NCBI GenBank assembly: GCA_034722955.1
Contig: JAYEOM010000042.1
Location: 2,165 to 48,012, forward strand
Direction: 5' to 3'
DNA length: 45,848 nucleotides
Source: Campylobacterota bacterium
GTDB taxonomy: Bacteria; Campylobacterota; Campylobacteria; Campylobacterales; Sulfurovaceae
The notes beneath the pieces are model-generated. The model saw only the letters and a list, made by a program, of their open reading frames with translations, was not told the origin of the DNA and did no database searches. Positions 1 through 8,949 of this stretch are shown here, piece after piece; the stretch's first letter is position 1; each line of letters starts with the position of its first letter. The translations under genes and the position numbers were made by a program.

Positions 1-49
1 TCAGGTAACAACTACAACTAATTAGTTGTAGTTGTTACCTGACCCCTAC
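1..49 (-). repeat. Perfect 42-bp palindrome (1-42) with a GTAG foot on the minus strand; REP-like hairpin, possible pdxA terminator
   Basis: TCAGGTAACAACTACAACTAATTAGTTGTAGTTGTTACCTGA is its own reverse complement. The minus strand reads GTAG-GGGTCAGG..., and the pdxA TAG stop lies inside the GTAG. Truncated by the window edge. Confidence 0.75.
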
Positions 50-1050
50 TTTTCAAATTTTGGACTTCTATTTTGGTGTTTATCCCCTTGGAGTGCCCTA
101 AGAGACACTATATACTTCGCAGCATTTAAATAACTCAAGCTATTGATCTCACTGCCTCTGTAGGCAATATCAAATGCCGTGCCATGGTCTACGGATGTGC
201 GTAGTATAGGTAGATTTAGTGAGATATTGATCCCCTCGTCAAAGTATAGAGCTTTGAGCGGTGTGAGTCCCTGATCGTGATACATGGCTATATAGTAGCT
301 ATAGTTTGCTCTTGTTTTTGGGGTGAACGCCACATCTGGTACGAGAGGATCGGTAAAGATATCTTTTCCTAGAATCTCATGGGCATTGAGTATCGATTTT
401 TTTATGATCTGCTCTTCACTGCCAAGAACACCATCATCTCCAGCATGGGGGTTTAGCCCAAGGAGAGCGATCTTCTGACGGTTTAGTACCTCATCCCCTG
501 CTTGCATCTCAATAACAGTATAAAAATCTACTAAAAATCTTGTCAAATCTTTTTCATTTATATTCTCTGCAACTTCCCTAAGAGGGATATGCTCGGTAAA
601 TAGTGCGACATACATCTGAGGGCAACCCAGCATCATGATCGCTTTAGCATCAAAAAAATCCCTCAAGGCATCAGTGTGTCCTTTGTAGTGGATACCTGCA
701 AGTTCCCAGGCTTTTTTATGGATGGGGAGTGTGATGATGGCATCAACCTGCTGCTCTCTTGCCAACTCTACAGCTTTGAGAAAAGAGCTATAGCTATAGT
801 GACCACTTGCAACAGAGACTCTGCCTGGTTCTATAGTGAAAGGTTTGCCGACAGACTCTAAGGTTTGGAAATCATCCGGTATGGGAAGCTTGAGTAGTGT
901 GGCGGCTTGTGTGAGCATGATCGGATCGATGATATATATGGGATCAACCATAGCTGATATCTCTCTATGGTTTCTAAGTGCAAGCTCGATACCGATACCA
1001 TTGAGGTCACCTATAGAGATAGCGATGCGTTTTAACATACTGCTGCTCAT
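46..1050 (-). CDS. pdxA: 4-hydroxythreonine-4-phosphate dehydrogenase
   Basis: GDLNGIGIE N-terminus; TLPIHK, GHTD, GLNPHAGD, AMYHDQGL and RTSVDHGTAFDIA motifs; overlaps pdxJ. Confidence 0.97.
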   Translation of the reverse strand: MSSSMLKRIAISIGDLNGIGIELALRNHREISAMVDPIYIIDPIMLTQAATLLKLPIPDDFQTLESVGKPFTIEPGRVSVASGHYSYSSFLKAVELAREQQVDAIITLPIHKKAWELAGIHYKGHTDALRDFFDAKAIMMLGCPQMYVALFTEHIPLREVAENINEKDLTRFLVDFYTVIEMQAGDEVLNRQKIALLGLNPHAGDDGVLGSEEQIIKKSILNAHEILGKDIFTDPLVPDVAFTPKTRANYSYYIAMYHDQGLTPLKALYFDEGINISLNLPILRTSVDHGTAFDIAYRGSEINSLSYLNAAKYIVSLRALQGDKHQNRSPKFEK

Positions 1051-1829
1051 CGAAACATCAAAGCACGCATATCCAAGATAGCCTGTTCAAGTCCGGTATA
1101 GATAGATCGTGCGATGATGGATTGACCTATATTGAGCTCCTCTATCGACTCCATCTCTACGATCTTTCTGACATTTTGATAGTTCAGTCCATGACCGGCA
1201 GCTACTCTCAATCCCAGCTCAACAGCGTCTCGACTGAGCCGGCTTAGCTCTCCAATCTCCTCTAAAAGCATCTTGTTGAGAGTGGCTCTAGGGAGTTCAA
1301 GCTCAGGTATACTGTATGGTGTATTGAGTAGGTTGCCATAGAGCATCGCATATATGTTGGCATATTTTCCTGTATGAAACTCTATCCACTCTGCACCCAA
1401 ACTTTTAGCTGCCTCGATACTCTTAACAGTTGGGTCTATGAAGAGGGATACTTCTATCTCATTGCCATGGAGTTTGTCGATAGCTCTCTTGAGGCTGAGC
1501 TGTTCTCCTGTCACTGCGAGTCCACCCTCTGTTGTCACCTCTTCACGCTTCTCAGGTACGATAGTAGCTCGATGTGGCTTGAGATGGGTAACTATATCGA
1601 TGATCTCTGTCGCCGTAGCACACTCTAGGTTGACTGGAAGTGTGGAGAATTTGACGATATTTTCAGCATCACTATCTCTGATATGTCGTCTATCTTCGCG
1701 AAGGTGAATGGTGATCTGGTCTGCACCTGCACGCTTGACGATACTCAAAGCATCTATAGGATCGGGATCAGCAATCTTTCTAGCCTCTCTCAGTACAGCG
1801 ATATGATCAATATTGACACCAAGTAGCAT
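1047..1829 (-). CDS. pdxJ: Pyridoxine 5'-phosphate synthase
   Basis: LGVNIDHIAVLREAR, ITIHLREDRRHI, VPEKREEVTTEGGL, AGHGLNY, ELNIGQSI. Confidence 0.98.
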   Translation of the reverse strand: MLLGVNIDHIAVLREARKIADPDPIDALSIVKRAGADQITIHLREDRRHIRDSDAENIVKFSTLPVNLECATATEIIDIVTHLKPHRATIVPEKREEVTTEGGLAVTGEQLSLKRAIDKLHGNEIEVSLFIDPTVKSIEAAKSLGAEWIEFHTGKYANIYAMLYGNLLNTPYSIPELELPRATLNKMLLEEIGELSRLSRDAVELGLRVAAGHGLNYQNVRKIVEMESIEELNIGQSIIARSIYTGLEQAILDMRALMFR

Positions 1830-1975
1830 ATTTAATCCTTTTTAATAAGTAGCAGATTATATCAAAATATGATAGTTTTTATATAGTCCTTAATGATTTT
1901 TCTAAATTTATTGATTTTATATTAACTATCTTGGTATACTAATTTATAACTATCTATTTCATCAAAGGAGAAAAT

Positions 1976-2233
1976 ATGAAAAAAGTTATCGTTATCTCTA
2001 CAGTTGCTGTATCACTTTTGCTTGGAGTTACTGGGTTGCAAGCAGAAGAGGCGAAAGCAGTTATGCCTGATAAAGTTGTCAAAGAAGAGGCTACAGGAGT
2101 GAAAGATGCCAAGGTCAAGGGTGAAGATGCTGCCAAAGCTGCAGTAGAAGAGACCAACTCAAAAGAGGCATTTAAAGCTAAAGAGGATGCATCAACTTTC
2201 AAGAAAGAGGCTGAAGCAGACGCGAAAAAGTAG
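1976..2233 (+). CDS. Small secreted low-complexity A/E/K-rich protein
   Basis: AAAGGAG RBS; TGGTATACT extended -10 upstream; Sec signal peptide ending LQA; charged mature region. Confidence 0.8.
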   Translation: MKKVIVISTVAVSLLLGVTGLQAEEAKAVMPDKVVKEEATGVKDAKVKGEDAAKAAVEETNSKEAFKAKEDASTFKKEAEADAKK

Positions 2234-2259
2234 AGTAGTAGATAGTAAATATTACTAGT

Positions 2260-2287
2260 AGTAGAGACAGTAGATTTTGTCTCTACT
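2260..2287. terminator. 10-bp stem hairpin between convergent genes (GTAG-REP-like)
   Basis: AGTAGAGACA-gtagattt-TGTCTCTACT. Confidence 0.65.
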
Positions 2288-2379
2288 TGGAAACTGATTC
2301 TATACGATGATGGATACTATTCAAATTAGGAACAAAGCAGATGGATGAATTTGTTTTTGGGAGACTCCTTGGGGTAGCC

Positions 2380-2874
2380 TTAGTATGAGTGAGATATCAT
2401 AAAGTCATCACAGGTGTGTCTATCTCCTGACATGAGACCAATGGTCACAAAATTATCTGCATATAGTTCGATACTACATTGAGAAAATCCCTTTCTAGCG
2501 ATCACCTTGCCAATCTTTTTCTTATTGTTGCATAGCGATTTGTCATAGCCTAAGAACATCGTTTTGATATACTGTATGGAGTCATCACACAAGATCTTAT
2601 CTTCTACTGCAGAGTTATCATCTATAAATTTCAGTGTATATCCTGCTATCTTGAGGATACACTCCTCCTCTTTTTTCTCTTCTGTAGATTGCTGGTCTCT
2701 GTATTTCTCGTCTGTAGGTCTCTTTTCTGTATACTTATGTCTGCTGGGGATCTTTTTTTCGCAAGGAACTATATAGTTCATACTCCCTTTGCGTTCATAA
2801 CATTTGCCATCCTCCATAGTCAAGATCTCGGCATAGGCAGATATACTTATGAGTAGTAAGATAATATATTTCAT
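2380..2874 (-). CDS. Hypothetical secreted Cys-containing protein (164 aa)
   Basis: True start is probably ATG 2874 (AGGAG RBS; signal peptide MKYIILLLISISAYA). The longer ORF call to 3144 runs through the REP doublet. 7 Cys. Confidence 0.75.
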   Translation of the reverse strand: MKYIILLLISISAYAEILTMEDGKCYERKGSMNYIVPCEKKIPSRHKYTEKRPTDEKYRDQQSTEEKKEEECILKIAGYTLKFIDDNSAVEDKILCDDSIQYIKTMFLGYDKSLCNNKKKIGKVIARKGFSQCSIELYADNFVTIGLMSGDRHTCDDFMISHSY

Positions 2875-2912
2875 TAAAAACTCCTGAAGGTTTAAATAAA
2901 ATCCAATATTTT

Positions 2913-2976
2913 GGGTACCCACAAGGGATACCCCTACGATAAAACTATCTGTAGAGGCAATCCCTTGTGGTTGCCC
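2913..2976. repeat. Inverted pair of GTAG-type REP sequences (REPIN-like doublet)
   Basis: 2913-2937 reads GTAGGGGTATCCCTTGTGGGTACCC on minus; 2951-2976 reads GTAGAGGCAATCCCTTGTGGTTGCCC on plus. Each has an internal palindrome, and together they form a long hairpin. Confidence 0.75.
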
Positions 2977-3351
2977 TTTTGATGTTATTTGTTGTGTACG
3001 CATAAGGATACTACACTTTTTGCTACTTCTGAAATTTATTATAGCATAAAGTCTCCGAATGATTTTCTTAAATGTTATCTGATCCCTAGCTATCCCAGTC
3101 CAGTAGACGCTGTTGACCTTTGAGTTCTCGTATATGTGTGGCATCTTGACTCATCTCGATGACTCCTCGATGCCACGGTCATAAAAGACAACTTGATCAT
3201 TTTCATTGGCATAGGATGCCCATCGGGGTACTCTCCCTCGAAAGGGGAAGTTTCATTATTTAAAAATTCACTCATTATTGATTGACCTTTGATATTTTTT
3301 CGGAGTATAGCAATAAAACCTACAAAAGAGGATAATACGCTATAATAACTT

Positions 3352-4716
3352 ATGAAAAATATCACCCCGAAAATCTTACTCATCTCCATACTCTGCTGGC
3401 TCTTTGTCTCTTCTCAAGTCGTTGCTGTCTCTCCAAAAGGTTTATCACTGTTGTCAATCTCATCGATACCCTATCCTGCCAAAGAGGCAAATGTCTCACA
3501 GATAGAGTATACTGATAGATACAGAGATATAAATATCCCGGCATTCTGGATCAGTAGAGTTGATCAGCCAGATCGCAGGATACTTACTCCTATAGGAGTC
3601 AAGCAGTTCAATGATCAAACAGCCTACAGAAAGAAAATCATAACACTTGCCAAAGATTTTGATACCAAATACAATAGTGAGTGGGTCAAACAAAAACTTA
3701 AAAAACTGCATACCTTTATATCTGAGAGAGCCTTCTATCTTGAAGATGGTAGAGCTATAGATGATGGTTACCTGGAAAAGCTCCAGCAAAACAGTCATAT
3801 AGATGCTATAGAAGATCCTATCAAGATCCGTTATGGAGTTATCACAGAGTATGCCCATCAGCGGATCATCCCTAGCAATATCACACTACTCAAAAAACCA
3901 AAACAGATCTACTTTGACCGAAACCAAAATGCTGCACTGGATATCGGTACACCTGTAGCAGTACTCCATCAAAGTGCAGATACTCAGTGGTATTTTGTCA
4001 CCTCAGAGACGAGTTATGGCTGGGTAGAGACCAAAAATATAGCTCTAACTACAGAGGATAAGATGCTATCTTTTTCGCAGAGCAGACAATTTGTAGTTAC
4101 TATAAATCCCAAAAATGCAATCTTTGTAGATGAGAACTATTATAACTTTGTGCGTATGGGTGTCAGGCTTCCCTATGTCGGCAGGATAGGGAGATATGTG
4201 CAAGTAAAGATCCCTATGCGTAACAACAGGGGAGAGTTGAAACTAAAGATCGCAACGATCAGCTATGATGATATCCATCTAGGCTACTTACCCTATACTC
4301 CACGCACTATCATCACTCAGGCATTCAAATTTCTCCATGCTCCATATGGATGGGGTGGGATGTTTGGAGAGCAGGACTGCTCCAAATATCTCCAAGAGAT
4401 CTATAGCACTGTGGGGATAATACTGCCGAGAAACTCTGGTGAACAGAGAGAGGCAGCAAAACCCCTCATAGATTTTCGAGGAGACTTTCAACAACGCATA
4501 GATGCACTCCGGCAGAGAGCTGAGCCTGCATCGACACTACTATATCTGCCGGGTCACATCACTCTATATCTAGGGAGTTATGATGGAAAACACTACATGA
4601 TACATACAGTCTGGGGAGCTATAGAGGGTAAAAACCCTATCGCCAAAACAGCTGTGACAACAGTAGAGTTCAAAGATTATATCCAGCAGATGGATAGTGC
4701 CATCTCTGTCAAATAG
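3352..4716 (+). CDS. SH3-domain NlpC/P60 (C40) cell-wall peptidase
   Basis: Signal peptide; SH3b-like WYFV..SYGWV; catalytic PYGWGG...DCS, LPRNS, PGHITLYLG. Confidence 0.9.
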   Translation: MKNITPKILLISILCWLFVSSQVVAVSPKGLSLLSISSIPYPAKEANVSQIEYTDRYRDINIPAFWISRVDQPDRRILTPIGVKQFNDQTAYRKKIITLAKDFDTKYNSEWVKQKLKKLHTFISERAFYLEDGRAIDDGYLEKLQQNSHIDAIEDPIKIRYGVITEYAHQRIIPSNITLLKKPKQIYFDRNQNAALDIGTPVAVLHQSADTQWYFVTSETSYGWVETKNIALTTEDKMLSFSQSRQFVVTINPKNAIFVDENYYNFVRMGVRLPYVGRIGRYVQVKIPMRNNRGELKLKIATISYDDIHLGYLPYTPRTIITQAFKFLHAPYGWGGMFGEQDCSKYLQEIYSTVGIILPRNSGEQREAAKPLIDFRGDFQQRIDALRQRAEPASTLLYLPGHITLYLGSYDGKHYMIHTVWGAIEGKNPIAKTAVTTVEFKDYIQQMDSAISVK

Positions 4717-4726
4717 ATCTCATAGC

Positions 4727-5308
4727 ATGACGAGTGGTGATAGACTCCAGCTCACTTCTGACTGGTTTATCCGATATAAATTTTTCAACTCCCTCTTTTT
4801 GGGGCTTAGTGTAGGTGCTATCTTTACTATCTATGCACCGCTGGACCCATCTATCTACTCTATAGGCGGTATATTTCTGGCACTTGGCATGCTAGCAGTA
4901 GCAAGACTCTATCACCGCATCCTCAACACAACTTGGTTTTTTCGTATCTCACTTATGGTAGAGGTTGTGCTGCTCTTGGCTATCGTATACTTCTTGCTCT
5001 TTCCATACACTTACCAGACAGCTCTACTGGTCTATATAGGGTATCAAGTCACATTTGTATTTGGTAGCTACCTGATCAGAGCAGAGACACTCATACTCAA
5101 ATCTGACAAACTACTGACCAGACTAGACAGTGCCAAACAGTTGGGTTATCTCATAGGTATGACTCTCTCCTACCTCTTCTATCAGCTTATAGCAAGTTAT
5201 GGTATCCAGGGCAATCAAGAGAGAGTTTATGATCTGCACTACCTGCTCTTTACCACAGAACTTATTGTTATTGGCTTGATACTCAAGAGTTTCAAGCCCA
5301 ATGGATGA
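4727..5308 (+). CDS. Integral membrane protein (MFS-like half)
   Basis: About 6 hydrophobic segments; ATG 4727 just after the upstream stop (ORF track start 4697). Confidence 0.7.
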   Translation: MTSGDRLQLTSDWFIRYKFFNSLFLGLSVGAIFTIYAPLDPSIYSIGGIFLALGMLAVARLYHRILNTTWFFRISLMVEVVLLLAIVYFLLFPYTYQTALLVYIGYQVTFVFGSYLIRAETLILKSDKLLTRLDSAKQLGYLIGMTLSYLFYQLIASYGIQGNQERVYDLHYLLFTTELIVIGLILKSFKPNG

Positions 5309-5370
5309 TTTGAGCTTGATTTTGTTGTATACTTTCATATTGGCACCCAAGATAATAAAAAGGAAATATA

Positions 5371-8300
5371 GTGAAAAAAAATATAGAGACAATTGATGGA
5401 AATGAAGCTGTAGCTCGCGTAGCTTATAAACTAAATGAAATCATAGCTATATATCCTATCACCCCGGCATCTCCTATGGGTGAACTTAGTGATATCTATG
5501 CTACACATGGTGAACAAAATATATTTGGGACAGTTCCCGATATTATGGAGATGCAGAGTGAGGGTGGTGCTAGCGGTACGATACATGGTGCACTGCAGAG
5601 TGGTGCATTGACTACAACCTTTACAGCTTCACAGGGTCTACTGCTGATGATCCCAAATATGTATAAGATAGCGGGTGAACTTACACCGACAGTCTTCCAT
5701 GTAGCTGCTCGCTCTCTAGCTGCACAGGCTCTATCTATATTTGCAGATCATAGTGATGTGATGTCAGTGCGTCAGACAGGTTTTGCTATGTTGGGTTCCA
5801 ACTCAGTACAAGAGGCACATGATTTTGCCTTGATAGCTCAGTCGGCTACACTCAAATCACGCATACCTTTTTTGCATTTTTTTGATGGATTTAGAACTTC
5901 ACATGAGGTCAAGAAGATTGAGATGCTAGATGAAGTCACTATGAGAGATATGATAGATCATGGCCTTGTCGCGGAACATAGAGAGCGTGCATTGACACCT
6001 GACAATCCATTTGTCAGAGGTACATCACAAAACCCTGATATATATTTTCAGGGTAGAGAGAGTGTCAACAGCTATTATGACAAGACACCCGATCTTGTTC
6101 AGGAGACGATGGAGAGGTTTTCCATATTAACAGGGCGGAGTTATCGCCTTTTTGACTATGTTGGCTGTAGAGATGCAGAGCGGATCATCATCATAATGGG
6201 CTCTAGCTCAGAGGCAGTCGAAGAGAGTGTAGAGTATCTCAATGCGATAGATGAGAGAGTAGGTATGGTAAAGGTAAGACTCTATAGACCATTTTCTATA
6301 AAACACTTCATAGATATACTTCCCAAGAGTACCAAGTCTATAGCTGTTTTGGATCGTACAAAAGAGCCTGGATCATTGGGTGAGCCACTATATTTAGATA
6401 TCGTCTCTGCTCTCAATGAATCAAAAGAGGATCACACTCTTGGCTTTGAGATGCCTCATATCATCGGTGGCAGATATGGTCTATCCTCCAAAGAGTTCAC
6501 GCCGGGTATGATCAAAGCGATATTTGATGAGTTGAGCAGAGAGAGACCAAAAAACCACTTTACGATCGGTATATACGATGATGTCACAGGCTCTTCACTG
6601 AAGTGGGATGAGCATTTTGCCATACCAAACAGAGATATCTTCCAAGCCATATTTTTTGGACTCGGATCTGATGGAACAGTAGGAGCCAACAAAAACTCTA
6701 TCAAGATCATAGGGGGTCAGACTGACAACTATGTCCAGGGTTATTTTGTATATGACTCGAAAAAATCAGGCTCCATGACCACTTCGCACCTTCGCTTTGG
6801 CTCAGAGCCTATACACTCAACTTACCTGATAGATAAAGCTGATTTTGTGGCATGCCACCAGAGTCTATTTATGGAGAAGTTTGATATTTTGCAACATGCC
6901 AAAAAAGGAGCAGTTTTTCTACTAAATTCACCTTTTGACCAAGAGCATGTCTGGAGACGACTGCCTCGTGTGATACAGGAGGAGATCATAGATAAAGAGA
7001 TCAGGTTTTATGTGATTGATGCTTATAGAGTAGCAAAAGAGAGCCGAATGGATCGCCGTATCAATACTGTGATGCAGACCTGTTTCTTTGCTATTTCAGG
7101 TGTTTTGCCACATGATGAGGCTATCAAACATATCAAAACCTCTATCCAAAAAACTTATGGTAAAAAGAGCAAAGAGATAGTAGAGCTGAACTTCTCTGCT
7201 GTAGATAATGCCCTAGATCATCTCAAAGAGGTAGATATACCCAAAACCGCAGAGAGTAGACTTCCTCTGGAGCCACCCGTCAAGGGAAAGATGAGTGAGT
7301 TCGTTAGCAGTGTTACTGCACATATTATCGAGGGCAGGGGAGATGAACTGCCAGTGAGCAGTATCCCCGCAGATGGAACATGGCCAAGCGGCACAACAGA
7401 GTATGAAAAACGAAACATTGCACAGGATATACCTCTCTGGGATCCGGATGCCTGTATCCAGTGCAACAAGTGTGTATTGGTCTGTCCTCATGCTGTCATC
7501 CGCTCCAAAGTAGTGGATGAGAGTGAACTTGATGATCTCCCTGATATTTTCAGAAGCATCAAGGCTAAAGGTAAAAAATTCAATGAGAGTGAAAGATTTA
7601 CTATTCAAGTATCTATGGAGGATTGTACCGGATGCTCACTATGTGTAGAGGTCTGTCCAGGGAGGAGCAAAGCAGACCCCGAGCTAAGGGCTATCAACAT
7701 GAGACCAAAACTCCCACTGATGGAAGATGGTATCAAAAACTGGGACTACTTTTTAGGTCTGAGTGAATATGATCGTTCCAAACTCAATCATACCAAAGTA
7801 AAAGAGAGTCAACTGCTACAGCCTCTTTTTGAGTTTTCCGGTGCTTGTCCGGGGTGTGGTGAGACACCATATATCAAATTGGCGACTCAACTTTTCGGCG
7901 ATCGTATGATCGTTGCCAATGCAACAGGGTGTTCATCTATCTATGGTGGCAATCTACCTACAACCCCTTGGACCAAAAATCAAGAGGGACGAGGTCCAGC
8001 ATGGTCAAATTCACTATTTGAAGATAATGCAGAGTTTGGTCTAGGCTTTAGGCTGGCAATAGACAAACATGAGGTGCAGGCGAAAGAGATACTAGCAGAA
8101 CTTGGTGAATATATAGACCCAGAACTCTCAAAGGCTATATTCTCTGCAGATCAACATAATGAAGCTGATATTTTTGAGCAGAGAGGACGAGTCGAAGAGT
8201 TAAAGGATCAGTTGCATACCATACAGACTGATGAGGCAAAAGATCTCTTGACTCTTGCCGATTATCTGGTGAAAAAGTCAGTCTGGATCATCGGTGGTGA

Positions 8301-8925
8301 TGGCTGGGCATATGATATCGGCTATGGTGGGCTAGATCATCTCCTCGCTAGTGGCAAAAATGTCAATATATTGGTACTTGATACTCAAGTATACTCCAAT
8401 ACAGGCGGTCAGCAGTCCAAGGCTACACCTACGGGAGCTGTTGCCAAATTTGCAGCTGGAGGAAAAGCAGAACTGCCAAAAGATTTGGCACTGATGGCTA
8501 TCCCATACGGCAATGTCTATGTAGCACGAGTAGCGATGGGTGCGAGTGACACGCAGACACTCAGAGCATTTATAGAGGCAGAACGATATGATGGACCATC
8601 ACTCATCATAGCCTACTCTCACTGTATAGCACACGGATATGATCTAAAGCATGGCATGGATCAGCAGAAAAAAGCCGTCGAGTGTGGTCTATGGCCGATA
8701 TTTAGATACAACCCAGAGCTAAAACACTCCGGAGAGAACCCTATGAAGCTAGACTACAAAGGACCAAAGATCCCCGTCAAGGAGTATATGTACAACGAAG
8801 TGAGATTCAAAATGGTTGAAAATATGGATGCCAAAGTAGCCACAGAGTTTCTAGAGATAGCTACCGATCATGCAAAAGAGATGTATAGGCGTTATGTAGA
8901 TCTGAGTGAGATGAAGCAGGATTAG
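5371..8925 (+). CDS. nifJ: Pyruvate:ferredoxin (flavodoxin) oxidoreductase, single-chain
   Basis: DGNEA, YPITPAS, EMQSEGGA, GLGSDGTVGANK, two CxxCxxCxxxCP ferredoxin motifs, FSGACPGCGE, TPP motif GGDGWAYDIG. Confidence 0.97.
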   Translation: MKKNIETIDGNEAVARVAYKLNEIIAIYPITPASPMGELSDIYATHGEQNIFGTVPDIMEMQSEGGASGTIHGALQSGALTTTFTASQGLLLMIPNMYKIAGELTPTVFHVAARSLAAQALSIFADHSDVMSVRQTGFAMLGSNSVQEAHDFALIAQSATLKSRIPFLHFFDGFRTSHEVKKIEMLDEVTMRDMIDHGLVAEHRERALTPDNPFVRGTSQNPDIYFQGRESVNSYYDKTPDLVQETMERFSILTGRSYRLFDYVGCRDAERIIIIMGSSSEAVEESVEYLNAIDERVGMVKVRLYRPFSIKHFIDILPKSTKSIAVLDRTKEPGSLGEPLYLDIVSALNESKEDHTLGFEMPHIIGGRYGLSSKEFTPGMIKAIFDELSRERPKNHFTIGIYDDVTGSSLKWDEHFAIPNRDIFQAIFFGLGSDGTVGANKNSIKIIGGQTDNYVQGYFVYDSKKSGSMTTSHLRFGSEPIHSTYLIDKADFVACHQSLFMEKFDILQHAKKGAVFLLNSPFDQEHVWRRLPRVIQEEIIDKEIRFYVIDAYRVAKESRMDRRINTVMQTCFFAISGVLPHDEAIKHIKTSIQKTYGKKSKEIVELNFSAVDNALDHLKEVDIPKTAESRLPLEPPVKGKMSEFVSSVTAHIIEGRGDELPVSSIPADGTWPSGTTEYEKRNIAQDIPLWDPDACIQCNKCVLVCPHAVIRSKVVDESELDDLPDIFRSIKAKGKKFNESERFTIQVSMEDCTGCSLCVEVCPGRSKADPELRAINMRPKLPLMEDGIKNWDYFLGLSEYDRSKLNHTKVKESQLLQPLFEFSGACPGCGETPYIKLATQLFGDRMIVANATGCSSIYGGNLPTTPWTKNQEGRGPAWSNSLFEDNAEFGLGFRLAIDKHEVQAKEILAELGEYIDPELSKAIFSADQHNEADIFEQRGRVEELKDQLHTIQTDEAKDLLTLADYLVKKSVWIIGGDGWAYDIGYGGLDHLLASGKNVNILVLDTQVYSNTGGQQSKATPTGAVAKFAAGGKAELPKDLALMAIPYGNVYVARVAMGASDTQTLRAFIEAERYDGPSLIIAYSHCIAHGYDLKHGMDQQKKAVECGLWPIFRYNPELKHSGENPMKLDYKGPKIPVKEYMYNEVRFKMVENMDAKVATEFLEIATDHAKEMYRRYVDLSEMKQD

Positions 8926-8949
8926 ATGGACATCTCCTTGGGATATCTC

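Noticed and set aside
2875..3144. N-terminal extension of the 254-aa ORF 2380..3144
   Set aside because: It reads through the REP doublet; the RBS and signal peptide point to ATG 2874.
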